A DNA stretch of 62,247 bases from IMG/VR virus record IMGVR_UViG_3300009285_004982; one strand, written 5' to 3'. Source of the DNA: a virus. The notes under the pieces were generated by a model that had not been told where the DNA came from, searched no databases, and worked only from the letters and a program-made list of their open reading frames with translations. Position numbers and translations under genes: made by a program. Positions 26,467 through 36,647 of the stretch are shown piece by piece; position 1 is the first letter of the stretch; each line of letters opens with the position of its first letter.

Positions 26467-27231
26467 ATGTCAGTTCAAGTGACAAATTTGCTTCTCGGTC
26501 AAGGGGAGCTTTATTTTAAAAGACATGACGGCACGAGTGGAAAATATAGACGTGTCGGATCGCTAAAAGGTGTGGTCACATTAACGCATGAAGTCGAATA
26601 TGCTGAGCAACAGCCAGGCAATAAATTGACGTCTGCTAGGAGGGATAAGATTAGGGAAAAAGCGATTCTCACGGCGAATGTGTGCGATTTCAAAATACCT
26701 CAGTTAATTGCCGCCCTCGGCCAATCTATATCGACTACACAGCTCACGGTTACATCAACGCTTCGCGTCTGGGAAGAAATCCAGCTCGGAGCATCGACGA
26801 CAACGGAAGTAACCTTAAGCCGATTGCCTGTTTCGATGACAAGTGTTGTTGTCACGGAAATGGACGAGTCTGCCGTTCTCGTAAAGGGAACAGATTACTC
26901 GTCAAGCATCCCACAGCATCTAGTCCCAAAGTCTGCAAGCTTCAAGAACAAATGGGTCAGGGCAGCCTATGATTACAAAGATGCCAGTGCAACAGTGATG
27001 AGAGTGGGGGATAAATTCACGCTTCAAGTTGTCGATCTAAAATATACGTTCAAGGAATTACAGAGTGGCAAATTCATTACTATTGAAATTCCACGGGCAA
27101 CGATTAATGGCGGGCTTGAAATTCCTTTCGCGATGAATGAATACACGCAATACCAAATTACGTTTTCGGCGCTCGGTGATATGACCCAACCGGAAGGGCG
27201 ATCCTTATTTAAAGTAATTCGGGAAGCGTAA
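26467..27231 (+). CDS. Major tail (tube) protein
   Basis: 254 aa, RBS AAGGAGGAA. N-terminus LLLGQGELYFKR...VGSLKGVVTL. Located immediately upstream of the chaperone and tape-measure genes. Confidence 0.55.
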   Translation: MSVQVTNLLLGQGELYFKRHDGTSGKYRRVGSLKGVVTLTHEVEYAEQQPGNKLTSARRDKIREKAILTANVCDFKIPQLIAALGQSISTTQLTVTSTLRVWEEIQLGASTTTEVTLSRLPVSMTSVVVTEMDESAVLVKGTDYSSSIPQHLVPKSASFKNKWVRAAYDYKDASATVMRVGDKFTLQVVDLKYTFKELQSGKFITIEIPRATINGGLEIPFAMNEYTQYQITFSALGDMTQPEGRSLFKVIREA

Positions 27232-27251
27232 ATAAATACCAGGGAGAAAAC

Positions 27252-27623
27252 ATGGCTGAAATAAAACGTTTCAAATTGGGTGAGCAGGAGTATGAAATGC
27301 CTCGTCTTAAAATGGGGGCGATCCGACAGATAACTAAGTTGCTTGATAATTCGATGGCTGAGTTTAAAGCGATAGACACGAATTCGTCATTCACTTCTCT
27401 TGGCGATACGATCCTCTCAAAGGGGTATGAGATACTTAGGATATTATTTCCCGGACCTAATTTCGATTTCTTGACGGAGGAATTTTACAGTAAAGAAATT
27501 TTCTTCGTCGATTATCGAGCCATGTTGGAAGAATCTATTGTCGTCAATAATCTTCAGGATATTTTCCCGGTTCTTAAAAATATCGTACTTAAGGGGACAA
27601 AACAATCGAGCGGACAGAGTTAA
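27252..27623 (+). CDS. Tail assembly chaperone (G-like)
   Basis: 123 aa between the tube and tape-measure genes. Confidence 0.55.
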   Translation: MAEIKRFKLGEQEYEMPRLKMGAIRQITKLLDNSMAEFKAIDTNSSFTSLGDTILSKGYEILRILFPGPNFDFLTEEFYSKEIFFVDYRAMLEESIVVNNLQDIFPVLKNIVLKGTKQSSGQS

Positions 27624-27925
27624 CAAAAGAATGGGCCAAGGCTTATCATGTTTTCAGTTCAGCCTATGGATGGACACTGGATCAGATCGATTCTCTTACC
27701 GCCAATGAATTTCTGTCATTGTTGGAGGAGATTCGTTATTATCCACCGCTCAACATTGTAGTCTGTGAATTCTTCCGCTCGATTGGCGTAAATGCCGATA
27801 CTGGTAAATTGGCAATCCAATCCTCTCTCGCCGCATCCGCCAACCCATCGAAATATGCGTTTAAAGATACGGGGAATAAGATCTCGAAGATCATTTCACG
27901 CCAGACCGGTAAAAGGATTCTCTAG
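27593..27925 (+). CDS. Putative -1 frameshift extension of the tail chaperone (GT-like product)
   Basis: The -1 frame is open from 27593 to 27925 with no ATG before 27719. It encodes TKEWAKAYHVFSSAYGWTLDQIDSLTANEF. The overlap contains GGGGACAAAAC. Confidence 0.4.
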   Translation, partial: GDKTIERTELTKEWAKAYHVFSSAYGWTLDQIDSLTANEFLSLLEEIRYYPPLNIVVCEFFRSIGVNADTGKLAIQSSLAASANPSKYAFKDTGNKISKIISRQTGKRIL

Positions 27926-30054
27926 TGGCCGATGATAATGAACTAGTCATAAATTTAAAAGCCAATCTAGAAGGCCTCCAGAAAGGATTGACCGAGGCAT
28001 TAAAACAGGTCAGTAATTTCGGGGAAAAAGGATCGGACTCGGTTGACGGAATTAAATCAAGTTTTGCCAACCTCGGTAAACAAATCGAACAATCCAAGTT
28101 CATCTTCGCCGGTGTCTTTGCCTCTTTTTCCGCGCTCACTGTTACCTCGCTTAAGAATTTTGGAGAGCAAGAATTGGCGGTGACAAAGCTGACACAGGCT
28201 CTTCGAAATCAGGGGATTACCAGTGAATCGGTTGTTAAGGATTTATCTGATTATGCGACAAGTCTGCAGGCCGTCACATCGTTCGCCGACGAGCAGATTA
28301 TAAGTTCTCAAGCCCAGCTCGCCGCATTTGGTTTGACGGGGAATGCTCTTAAAGAATCGACCCGTTTGACTCTGGATCTGGCGGCAGCCAAAGGAATTGA
28401 TTTGAATTCGGCGGCCACTCTCGTTGGAAAGGCATTCGTCGGCGAGACGGGCATGTTAAGTCGATATGGAATTATTATCGAAGAGGGATTGTCAAAGACT
28501 GAAAAATTCGCCGCCGCTTCAAAAAAGATGCACGAGATGTTCGGCGGCCAGGCCCAGGCCCAACGCCAGACGACACTCGGTCAATTTGCCGGACTCAAGA
28601 ATGCGATAAGCGATTTACAGGAAGAGATTGGGAAGATGCTGGCTGGGAGTGCTGGTCAATTATTGAACTGGCTGATTGAGCTGACGAATAAACTTACAGC
28701 CTTTCTGTCCTCTATCAGCCCGCAGGTTCAGCAGGCAATCGTTTTTGTCGGCGGTCTTATCGCCGGGTTATCTGGTTTATTGGCCGGCATCGGCGGCATA
28801 CTGGCTTTCAAGGGAGCCTTTATTGCCTTTTTTGGAACTATCTTTTCCTGGATTGGCGCGACGGTTGCCATCATCGGCGTCGTTATCGCAGCCATCGTCG
28901 GCATTGCGACCAATTTTCTTGGAGTCCGGGATGCGCTTATCGCTTCTTGGAATGCAATCGTTCCTGTTTTTAAAGCAATCGGCGATTTTGTAATGATCGT
29001 TTTGCCGAATTCGATATTTTCTCTAGGTGGTTTAATAAGCGGGTTCTTCACGGAACTTTTTTCTAAATCGCATAATCTCAGTAACGATCTTAGTACCGTC
29101 ATCGCTTTTCTATTCGATAAAATGATCGGCGTTGTTAACTGGATTGTCGAGAAAGTTTCAATGTTTATACCGGATTCCTGGAAGACGGCAATGTCTAATA
29201 TTGTCTCAACGGGAAGGACGGCGCTCGATCAAATAAGAGAGGCGTTTGGAAAAGTGGGATCTAATTTTACATTGATGATAGGCGGAGTAAAAACTTCTTT
29301 CCAGGAAGCTATGGATGGAATGAAGGGACTCGCAATACAAACTGATTCTGATATAAAAGAAATGGAAGAAAAGCATTTGACGCTTTATCAACAATGGACG
29401 AATATTCGATTGGCTGCTGGGCAGGAAGAGGCACGTAGTCGGACACAGACATTCGAGAAGATGTATGAATCCTTAAGTTTGGCCCAGGAAAGTTGGGGCG
29501 ATATAGCGAAGAATATAAGTAGTCAAGTTTTTACTCAATTCGGCAATGGTATCGCTGATATGATTATGAAGGGAAAACGTTTTTCTGATGTTATGAAAGA
29601 AATATGGAAAGATTTAGCGAGAGCTATTATAGCTGAAATTGTAAAAATGATAGCTAAATGGCTTGTATTTTTGGCATTAAAAGCAGCAACTGGAGGAGGA
29701 GCGGGATTATTTTTTCAGCATGGAGGAATTATTTCGGAACCCACTCTTTTAGTTGGCATGAGATCGGGAGCGAGAGGAATTGCGGGGGAAGCCGGTCCTG
29801 AAGTTATCCAGCCTATTGGCCAAGGCGGTCTTCGTCCTTTTAGTCCAGGTGGAACCGGTGGGCTATCGCCCGCTTTTGCCGGAGCTGATGATAGCCAGGT
29901 AAACGTAACAGTTAATATTACTGGTCAATTCATTGAGGGCAATGAAAGCAAATGGCAGGAATTGATCCGTCAACGGATCGTTCCTGAGATTCGACGATTC
30001 ACCATGACTTCGCCTATCGGCCCATTTACCAGACGACGGGGAGCGACCGCATGA
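27925..30054 (+). CDS. Tape measure protein
   Basis: 709 aa, GTG start. Helical N-terminus, a central multi-TM hydrophobic block (AIVFVGGLIAGLSGLLAGIGGILAF...) and canonical position. Confidence 0.8.
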   Translation: MADDNELVINLKANLEGLQKGLTEALKQVSNFGEKGSDSVDGIKSSFANLGKQIEQSKFIFAGVFASFSALTVTSLKNFGEQELAVTKLTQALRNQGITSESVVKDLSDYATSLQAVTSFADEQIISSQAQLAAFGLTGNALKESTRLTLDLAAAKGIDLNSAATLVGKAFVGETGMLSRYGIIIEEGLSKTEKFAAASKKMHEMFGGQAQAQRQTTLGQFAGLKNAISDLQEEIGKMLAGSAGQLLNWLIELTNKLTAFLSSISPQVQQAIVFVGGLIAGLSGLLAGIGGILAFKGAFIAFFGTIFSWIGATVAIIGVVIAAIVGIATNFLGVRDALIASWNAIVPVFKAIGDFVMIVLPNSIFSLGGLISGFFTELFSKSHNLSNDLSTVIAFLFDKMIGVVNWIVEKVSMFIPDSWKTAMSNIVSTGRTALDQIREAFGKVGSNFTLMIGGVKTSFQEAMDGMKGLAIQTDSDIKEMEEKHLTLYQQWTNIRLAAGQEEARSRTQTFEKMYESLSLAQESWGDIAKNISSQVFTQFGNGIADMIMKGKRFSDVMKEIWKDLARAIIAEIVKMIAKWLVFLALKAATGGGAGLFFQHGGIISEPTLLVGMRSGARGIAGEAGPEVIQPIGQGGLRPFSPGGTGGLSPAFAGADDSQVNVTVNITGQFIEGNESKWQELIRQRIVPEIRRFTMTSPIGPFTRRRGATA

Positions 30055-30812
30055 GCCAGTTCAATACCGTCCAATGGAATACATCGCTCTGGAATAATGG
30101 CTTAGCTCTCGATAATACGATTCCTGCCAATTTTAAAATCTATTCAAACGACACATCAATTCTTCTTAAGTGGGCCGATTTTCCGAACTCGAATTATTAT
30201 CAGATTCAGGTTTCTCTTAATCCGGATATGTCGGCTCCGTTCGTTGATACAAGTTCGACGATAACGGAATATTCATTTACCGATAGCCAAACAAACGATA
30301 AGAAACGATATTGGCGTGTACGGGCATCTGTTGATAGCGGTTCATCTTATGCGGAACCGTGGAGTGAAATAGGTTCCTATTGGCTCAATACGTCAGGGGC
30401 CCAAGACGTGACTCTGGCTCGTGATCAATGGGCCTTATTCGATCCAGATTCAATTACAGATATTAGTCTCATGGAACTTTTCCCTCCCTATTCAATCATG
30501 CCCGAGCATCTCTATCATTTCAGGGAAAGGAATCGATTGGGAGATATGCTATCTGAATATGTCATTTTGAAATCAAAAATAACTCTTAATTTTTCTGGCC
30601 GCCATTGGATCGACTGGAAGCAATTTACGGAACTTCGTCGATTTAACGAAGAGATCAAAACATTTTTTCTCGCCACCTACAAAGATGGGAATCAGGGAAA
30701 ACCGATGCCTCATATTTGGAAAGTTCAATATGAGACAAATCCTGCATTAACAATGTTGGCTCCGGGACGAGAAGAATTGACTCAGGGCACTTTAGTTTTT
30801 ATCGAAACTTAG
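30051..30812 (+). CDS. Putative distal tail protein
   Basis: 253 aa directly after the tape measure. FN3-like segment YYQIQVSLNPDMS...RYWRVRA. Confidence 0.35.
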   Translation: MSQFNTVQWNTSLWNNGLALDNTIPANFKIYSNDTSILLKWADFPNSNYYQIQVSLNPDMSAPFVDTSSTITEYSFTDSQTNDKKRYWRVRASVDSGSSYAEPWSEIGSYWLNTSGAQDVTLARDQWALFDPDSITDISLMELFPPYSIMPEHLYHFRERNRLGDMLSEYVILKSKITLNFSGRHWIDWKQFTELRRFNEEIKTFFLATYKDGNQGKPMPHIWKVQYETNPALTMLAPGREELTQGTLVFIET

Positions 30813-30848
30813 AATTAAAAAAAACCGGCGAATACCGGGGAGGATTTT

Positions 30849-32318
30849 ATGGCTTCATTTCCATCTAGTGTACCGACAACTCTTGGCCTTCTAACGTCGG
30901 TCAATAATTTAGCGACGACTCTGAACGGGGCGGTTACGGATTCGACGACCGCAATCACCGTCGCTTCGACATCAAGTTTTCCGTCGAGCGGTGATTTTAC
31001 CGCTGAATCCGAGGTCATCACTTATACGGGTAAGAACGCCACGCAGTTCACAGGATGTTCGCGTGGGGCGGATGGAACTTCGGCGGCGGCCCACAATTCG
31101 GGTGTGGCGGCCAGTCATTTCCAGAATGCCCGGTATCACAATATCCTCAAAGAAGAAATCATCGCCATAGCGCAGAATTTAAGTGACCGGATTGGTCTTG
31201 GTGCAACTCAATTATTAGGTGTCAATGGAACGGTTACAAATCCGACATATTCGTTTGCCAATTCGACGGGCCTGGGTTGGTATCGCGTTGGTTCTAATAG
31301 CGTTGGGTTGTCTGTTAATGGGGCCTATGCGTTGAGTGTCGATAGCTCAAAAAGGCTTCTCATGGGAAGTTCCTCGGCTCGGCAAGTAGGTAGTTATACG
31401 GCGGCGACCCAACAATTACAAATCGAGGGAACAAACGCCTCGACCAGTTCTGTTGCCATTATTGCAAACAGTGCAAGTGGCTCCGGGGGGACATTATCGT
31501 TTGCCAAAACACGTGCAGCGGCTATTGGCGGAACGACTATTGTTCAATCTGGGGATGATCTTGGCTATATCGAATGGGCCGGATCAGATGGAACGTCTCT
31601 TCAATCGGCGGCGGTTATCATGGGCGAAGTTGATACGACACCGGGAGCCGGAGATATGCCAGGTCGCCTCAGTTTTTTAACGACCCCGGATGGCAGCACG
31701 ACCCCGGCAGAACGAGTTCGAATAAATTCGAAAGGGCAAACGAATTTCTATAGCGGAACTGTTACAAATCCAGGAATTGGATGGTTAAGCGATGTAAATA
31801 CAGGTTTGTATTTGGCCGCTGTTTCAAATCCCGCCATGAGCGTAAATGGAGTTATAAATACCCAATGGAATACGACTGGTTTTGGAATTAAAGACGGGAC
31901 TGTAACTAATCCAGGATTATTTTGGAATTCGGACGGTGACACAGGATTCTATCGTGGCGGTAGCGGGGTCATGGTTGCAAGCCATAATGCCGTAGCGGGA
32001 GTTAGTTTTTCATCCACTGAATTTAAACCCAATGCGACCGATGGGGCAATGACGTGTGGAACCGCCACAAGACGCTGGTCAGATGTTCGTACGGTTTTAA
32101 TAAATGGTTCCGACTATGGATTCGAAAACGGATACACGCTTCGAGAATGGCCGTGTTCTTTTGACGATGTTAAAACAAAATCGCGCGAATGGATGCACCT
32201 AAATGCAAACAAAGGAATTCAGCTCTTGAACGATGCGGGCGAACTTGTCTGCGTGTTTAGTCGCGATGGAACGATTTATAGTAAAGGGGTTAAACCGCTT
32301 AATGAACTGGCAGCATAA
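30849..32318 (+). CDS. Tail fiber protein
   Basis: ITVASTSSFPSSGDFTAESEVITYTGKNATQFTGCSRGADGT is a common fiber N-domain. Repeated GTVTNP..(F/W)..D.(N/D)TG.Y motifs occur three times. Confidence 0.55.
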   Translation: MASFPSSVPTTLGLLTSVNNLATTLNGAVTDSTTAITVASTSSFPSSGDFTAESEVITYTGKNATQFTGCSRGADGTSAAAHNSGVAASHFQNARYHNILKEEIIAIAQNLSDRIGLGATQLLGVNGTVTNPTYSFANSTGLGWYRVGSNSVGLSVNGAYALSVDSSKRLLMGSSSARQVGSYTAATQQLQIEGTNASTSSVAIIANSASGSGGTLSFAKTRAAAIGGTTIVQSGDDLGYIEWAGSDGTSLQSAAVIMGEVDTTPGAGDMPGRLSFLTTPDGSTTPAERVRINSKGQTNFYSGTVTNPGIGWLSDVNTGLYLAAVSNPAMSVNGVINTQWNTTGFGIKDGTVTNPGLFWNSDGDTGFYRGGSGVMVASHNAVAGVSFSSTEFKPNATDGAMTCGTATRRWSDVRTVLINGSDYGFENGYTLREWPCSFDDVKTKSREWMHLNANKGIQLLNDAGELVCVFSRDGTIYSKGVKPLNELAA

Positions 32319-32348
32319 CCGAATATTCATTTTATTCAGTGAATAAAT

Positions 32349-34025
32349 ATGGTATCCGCCGCTTTTCAAACCGAGATGGACCGGAAACTGGATTCTCATC
32401 CGGTTATCAAAGTCGAGCATATCTCAAAAACATCCGTAACGACGGATATTTCCTCTTACTTCTTAAGCGGGGCTAATCTTCAAAGTGTGAAAGAACGGGC
32501 TCCAGATGAAATCCAGGCTGGTTCTTTTGATGTGGTTCTCGCCAATCATGACGATAAATTCAGTGAATATGTAGCCACTTCCCTTTTTTATAATACCGAT
32601 TATCATGGGTCTAAAATTAGACTCAGTCTTGGTTTTGTTCTCCCCGACGGAACGACGGAATATTCGACGCAAGGTATTGGATTCATCGATCAGCTTCTAA
32701 CAGATGGCGTTAATTCACAGGTGACGTTACGATGCCGCGATCTTATGTGGCGACTTATGGATCAATTGCTTCACGTCCGGCCTGCCGATGAAATCCCTGC
32801 TTTCAATTCAGTCAATGTCGGGAATGGCATCATTTCTGTTATCAGTACAAAACCCTTTACAACAACGACGCAGGATTGGACGCTTGCCTGTACGCTCGGC
32901 GGCGCGGATGGGGTGGCCACTTTTTCCGTCACAGGTTCCGTATCGGGAGCTCAAGGAACGGCCACGAGCGGAACTGAATTCACGGCGAATAATGGGATGA
33001 TCAAATTCGAGATCTCCGGCGGGGCGACAAATTGGGCCTTGAATGATGAAATCACATTCTCGACGAATCAATATCCACAATGGGATGCTGTGAATTTGGG
33101 TGAAATCATTTGGTCTATTCTTACTGGTTACAATTGGGGCACGGATACCCAGGAAACATGGTCTGGCCTTGTCTTTGATTTCGATAGCACACAATCCGAT
33201 GCCAATACGGACCTGGATTATAATGAATTTGTGACGGCGATTGATAATATCGACACAATAGGGCTTTTCGATTTGACTGGCTATATTCCATATAATACGC
33301 AGGCTAACGAATTTCTTCAAAACCTATTGGTTCTTGTTGTCGGATCTCTTTATGTTGGAAACGATGGGCGGATTAAATTCTCAACCTATATCCCCCAATT
33401 TGGCGCGATAACCACAGAATTTACTGACGCGAAAAAAATAACCAGCCTTTCTTATAACCGTTCGATTGATGAAGTTTTAAACTCGGTCGCCGTCGAATAC
33501 CTGGCCACCGAGACCTGGCCGTGGTCGAATGCCAGCCTTGTCTTAGACGGAATATTTATAAAAAAGAATGCGACCTCGATTACGAATTACAAAGAACTCG
33601 GCGTTGATTTCCAGATTCCATGGTATACATCGAACGGTCTGCATGTCCAAGATTTCGCAGACAAACTCGTTACAAGATATGGAGATCCTCCTCTGAATAT
33701 CAAATTTATGACCGGGATGGATGCTCTTGAAACAGAGATCGGGGATCGCGTTTTATTGACGGACACGAAGATGGGCGTCACTGAAATGCCCGGCGAGGTT
33801 TCACTCGTCGGACGAAGTTTAGGACAATCGCCGAGGGCTATTCAAATAGGATTGAGACGTGATTCTAATACGGATCAACAATTCGGATTCATCGGCAGCG
33901 AAGCAAATGAAGGCGATGGACTTAGTCCGCAATCGGATGATTACGATACGGCCACGGATGATGATAAGGCCTTCGCCTATTTTGGCAGCGCAGCTACAAC
34001 GGAACCAGATTATAGGATGTTTTAA
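32349..34025 (+). CDS. Tail tip / baseplate-hub-like structural protein
   Basis: 558 aa in the tail-tip block. No specific motif recognised. Confidence 0.35.
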   Translation: MVSAAFQTEMDRKLDSHPVIKVEHISKTSVTTDISSYFLSGANLQSVKERAPDEIQAGSFDVVLANHDDKFSEYVATSLFYNTDYHGSKIRLSLGFVLPDGTTEYSTQGIGFIDQLLTDGVNSQVTLRCRDLMWRLMDQLLHVRPADEIPAFNSVNVGNGIISVISTKPFTTTTQDWTLACTLGGADGVATFSVTGSVSGAQGTATSGTEFTANNGMIKFEISGGATNWALNDEITFSTNQYPQWDAVNLGEIIWSILTGYNWGTDTQETWSGLVFDFDSTQSDANTDLDYNEFVTAIDNIDTIGLFDLTGYIPYNTQANEFLQNLLVLVVGSLYVGNDGRIKFSTYIPQFGAITTEFTDAKKITSLSYNRSIDEVLNSVAVEYLATETWPWSNASLVLDGIFIKKNATSITNYKELGVDFQIPWYTSNGLHVQDFADKLVTRYGDPPLNIKFMTGMDALETEIGDRVLLTDTKMGVTEMPGEVSLVGRSLGQSPRAIQIGLRRDSNTDQQFGFIGSEANEGDGLSPQSDDYDTATDDDKAFAYFGSAATTEPDYRMF

Positions 34026-34028
34026 ATT

Positions 34029-35768
34029 GTGGCATATACAGATTTAACTACTGCGTTTGTCTATAAAGATCCCATCTTCTCACCGAAGCTGGATGCTCTC
34101 GGTGAGAATGATGATTATTTAAAAGACAATGGATGGGAAACCGGAACGAAAACCGCGTTCTTTCAAGCCTCGGCTCCTGTTGGCTGGACAAAAGATACGA
34201 CGGCTGCGCTCGACGGAAAAATTCTCCGCGTTGTTTCTGGTTCAGGCGGATCGACAGGCGGATCTCAGGATATCGCAACAGCTATTACGCTGTTACATGG
34301 TAATTCAATTACTTCTAGTGGAACACATACTCATACATATGAACATAGCCATGGGCAAGATACTGATACGGTAACAGATGCATCTCTTCACGATGCTTTG
34401 CCAGCCAATACATCCGAATCTTTGGGAAGTATCGGGAATAGACCGACGGGCTCTGGTTCAACATCGCTGTATAAAATGAGGGCTGGAACGGATACGTCCG
34501 GCGGAACATCGGGGTCCGGCGGAGATCATAATCATGGAGGATCATTAGCAAATGCCCTGACAGATATTTCCCTAAAATATGTCGATGTCATTGTTTGTAC
34601 GAAAGATACCTCCTCTGGCTATACGGATCAAACTTCCGTTTTCAGCCATAATAAAAAAACGGATTTTGATGAATTTGATCTCTATCTCTCCGAGAATGAT
34701 GAATATAATTATGATCGACTGACTCCATCAGGATCAATTGCACTTTTCGGCCAGGAAAATGCACCGACGGGTTGGACAAAACTAACGACACAAAACGATG
34801 CGGCCTTGCGGGTGGAAACGGGAACCGGTGGCGGGACAGGCGGAAGCGCTGGATTCAGTCAAACGATAACTCTTCAACATACGCACACAATTTCAGCAGA
34901 TGGATCACATACGCATACGGCAAATCACGATCATGTCCCTAGATCCTTGTTCGAGACAGGCGGAGTAGCTTTAGATGGAAGAAGATATGTCATAGATGGA
35001 TCAAATCACTATCAGAGATATGATGGTTCAGCAGCAACAGCTAGTGAATTAAGATGGCCAACCCAGACTACAAATGTCGATATTGTGACTCCGGGAACCC
35101 ATACACATACAATCGGGAATGCATTGACTGATGTGACTTTGGCTTACTTTGATGTGATTCAATGCTCAAAAGATTTAACGGGCGCTTCCTCATCTTATAC
35201 GGATTTAACTTCCGAATTCGCCTATAAAAAATTGGTTTCCAAACAACGGTTGAACAAGCTCGGGGCCAACGACGATTACATCAAATATCACATTATTCCT
35301 TCGACATCAGTTTCTTTTTTCTATCAAGCAGCGGCCCCGCTGACATGGACGAAATTAACGACCCAGGATGATAAAGGATTACGCGTCGTTAGCGGATCAA
35401 CGGGAGGAACAGCGGGCGGATCACAGGCAATCAGTTCGGCGATTACATTGTCCCATACGCATACAATTTCATCCGAAGGACATACTCATTCAATTGATGC
35501 GCATACGCATTCAGTAACTTCTGATTCGTCTGACACAGCAGGAGTAGCCGAAAGTGAATGGATTGGGACATCAAATGGACTTGATTTAATTACATTCGCT
35601 CGTGCCGGATCTTTCAGCCGAGACTTAATGCGAGTTGGATACAATAATAGTTTGGCCAATGAATCGAACCAAACCGTAGCTCATGATCATGGAGCAGCCA
35701 GCGGAAGCTCATTATCTAATGTCACGTTGGCCTACGCTGATATCGTTATGTGCTCTAAGAATGCTTAA
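34029..35768 (+). CDS. Fiber-tip / receptor-binding-like protein made of three tandem repeats of about 190 aa with HxH motifs
   Basis: GTG start. Repeats at about 34035..34607, 34620..35174 and 35196..35759. Each begins YTD(L/Q)T, contains AP.GWTK, LRV..G.GG.GGS and HTHT clusters, and ends L(T/S).(I/V)(S/T)L.Y.D(V/I)..C(T/S)K(D/N). Confidence 0.55.
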   Translation: MAYTDLTTAFVYKDPIFSPKLDALGENDDYLKDNGWETGTKTAFFQASAPVGWTKDTTAALDGKILRVVSGSGGSTGGSQDIATAITLLHGNSITSSGTHTHTYEHSHGQDTDTVTDASLHDALPANTSESLGSIGNRPTGSGSTSLYKMRAGTDTSGGTSGSGGDHNHGGSLANALTDISLKYVDVIVCTKDTSSGYTDQTSVFSHNKKTDFDEFDLYLSENDEYNYDRLTPSGSIALFGQENAPTGWTKLTTQNDAALRVETGTGGGTGGSAGFSQTITLQHTHTISADGSHTHTANHDHVPRSLFETGGVALDGRRYVIDGSNHYQRYDGSAATASELRWPTQTTNVDIVTPGTHTHTIGNALTDVTLAYFDVIQCSKDLTGASSSYTDLTSEFAYKKLVSKQRLNKLGANDDYIKYHIIPSTSVSFFYQAAAPLTWTKLTTQDDKGLRVVSGSTGGTAGGSQAISSAITLSHTHTISSEGHTHSIDAHTHSVTSDSSDTAGVAESEWIGTSNGLDLITFARAGSFSRDLMRVGYNNSLANESNQTVAHDHGAASGSSLSNVTLAYADIVMCSKNA

Positions 35769-35776
35769 AAATAAAT

Positions 35777-36232
35777 ATGCAGGATACAAGCGAACGTCTA
35801 GAAATGGTTTGTCCCCTGAATGGGAAAATATGTATCGCCGGTCGGCGCGCTGATTTTCCGACGGATAAACTGGGAAATCTTCTACAGTGTCGATTTTGGG
35901 TGCATCTCTATGGCAAAGATCCGCAATCAGAGAAAACGCTAGACCAGTGGGATTGTGCGATTTCATGGATTCCGGTACTTCAAACGGAAGTCGCGCAGAT
36001 GGAACGTCATACAACGGCCAGCGTTGATAAGTTGGCCAATATCATGAATGAGGCCAAGGGCTCAATCGATAGACTTACGGGGACGGCTCGTTATATGATG
36101 GGAATCATCCATGATCGCGACGAGAAGGAACGAAAATTCTTGACTGAATTTGAAACCATCGGTCCAGTAAAACAAAGACCGATTGAAATAAAGAGGGAGG
36201 AAACAAATGAAGACGATAAAAGGGCTGAATGA
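35777..36232 (+). CDS. Hypothetical protein
   Basis: 151-aa ORF. Confidence 0.5.
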   Translation: MQDTSERLEMVCPLNGKICIAGRRADFPTDKLGNLLQCRFWVHLYGKDPQSEKTLDQWDCAISWIPVLQTEVAQMERHTTASVDKLANIMNEAKGSIDRLTGTARYMMGIIHDRDEKERKFLTEFETIGPVKQRPIEIKREETNEDDKRAE

Positions 36233-36527
36233 CAAGGTGCGCGTGCTTCTGTTGCCGAATGAAGATCCGACGAAGATGGAGATACCAACCTATCGGTCGA
36301 TATTCACAAACTGCATAGCTATGACTCGAAAATTCAGCGGGGAAAAAGCTTTGCGCCTCGTGCTAATTGGAATGACGTTAATGGACATGGACCCGAAAGA
36401 AGATTCTATTGAATTGGAAGATCAGGATCATGCATTATTAAAAGAAATTATGTCGAGTGAAGGGCCTTTTAATAGTTTTATTATGGGCCAGGCTCTCCAG
36501 CAAATAATCAATGCGGAAAAAAATTAA
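36207..36527 (+). CDS. Hypothetical protein
   Basis: 106-aa ORF, RBS AGGGAGGAA. Confidence 0.5.
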   Translation: MKTIKGLNDKVRVLLLPNEDPTKMEIPTYRSIFTNCIAMTRKFSGEKALRLVLIGMTLMDMDPKEDSIELEDQDHALLKEIMSSEGPFNSFIMGQALQQIINAEKN

Positions 36528-36647
36528 TTCATTAAATATGCTTCCAGGTATATCGTTTTACGATATGATTAATCGTCGAAGAATGGATTACAAATTGTCT
36601 GGAAATTTCGCATTGATGTATTCCACTATCCAGTTTAACAAATAACA

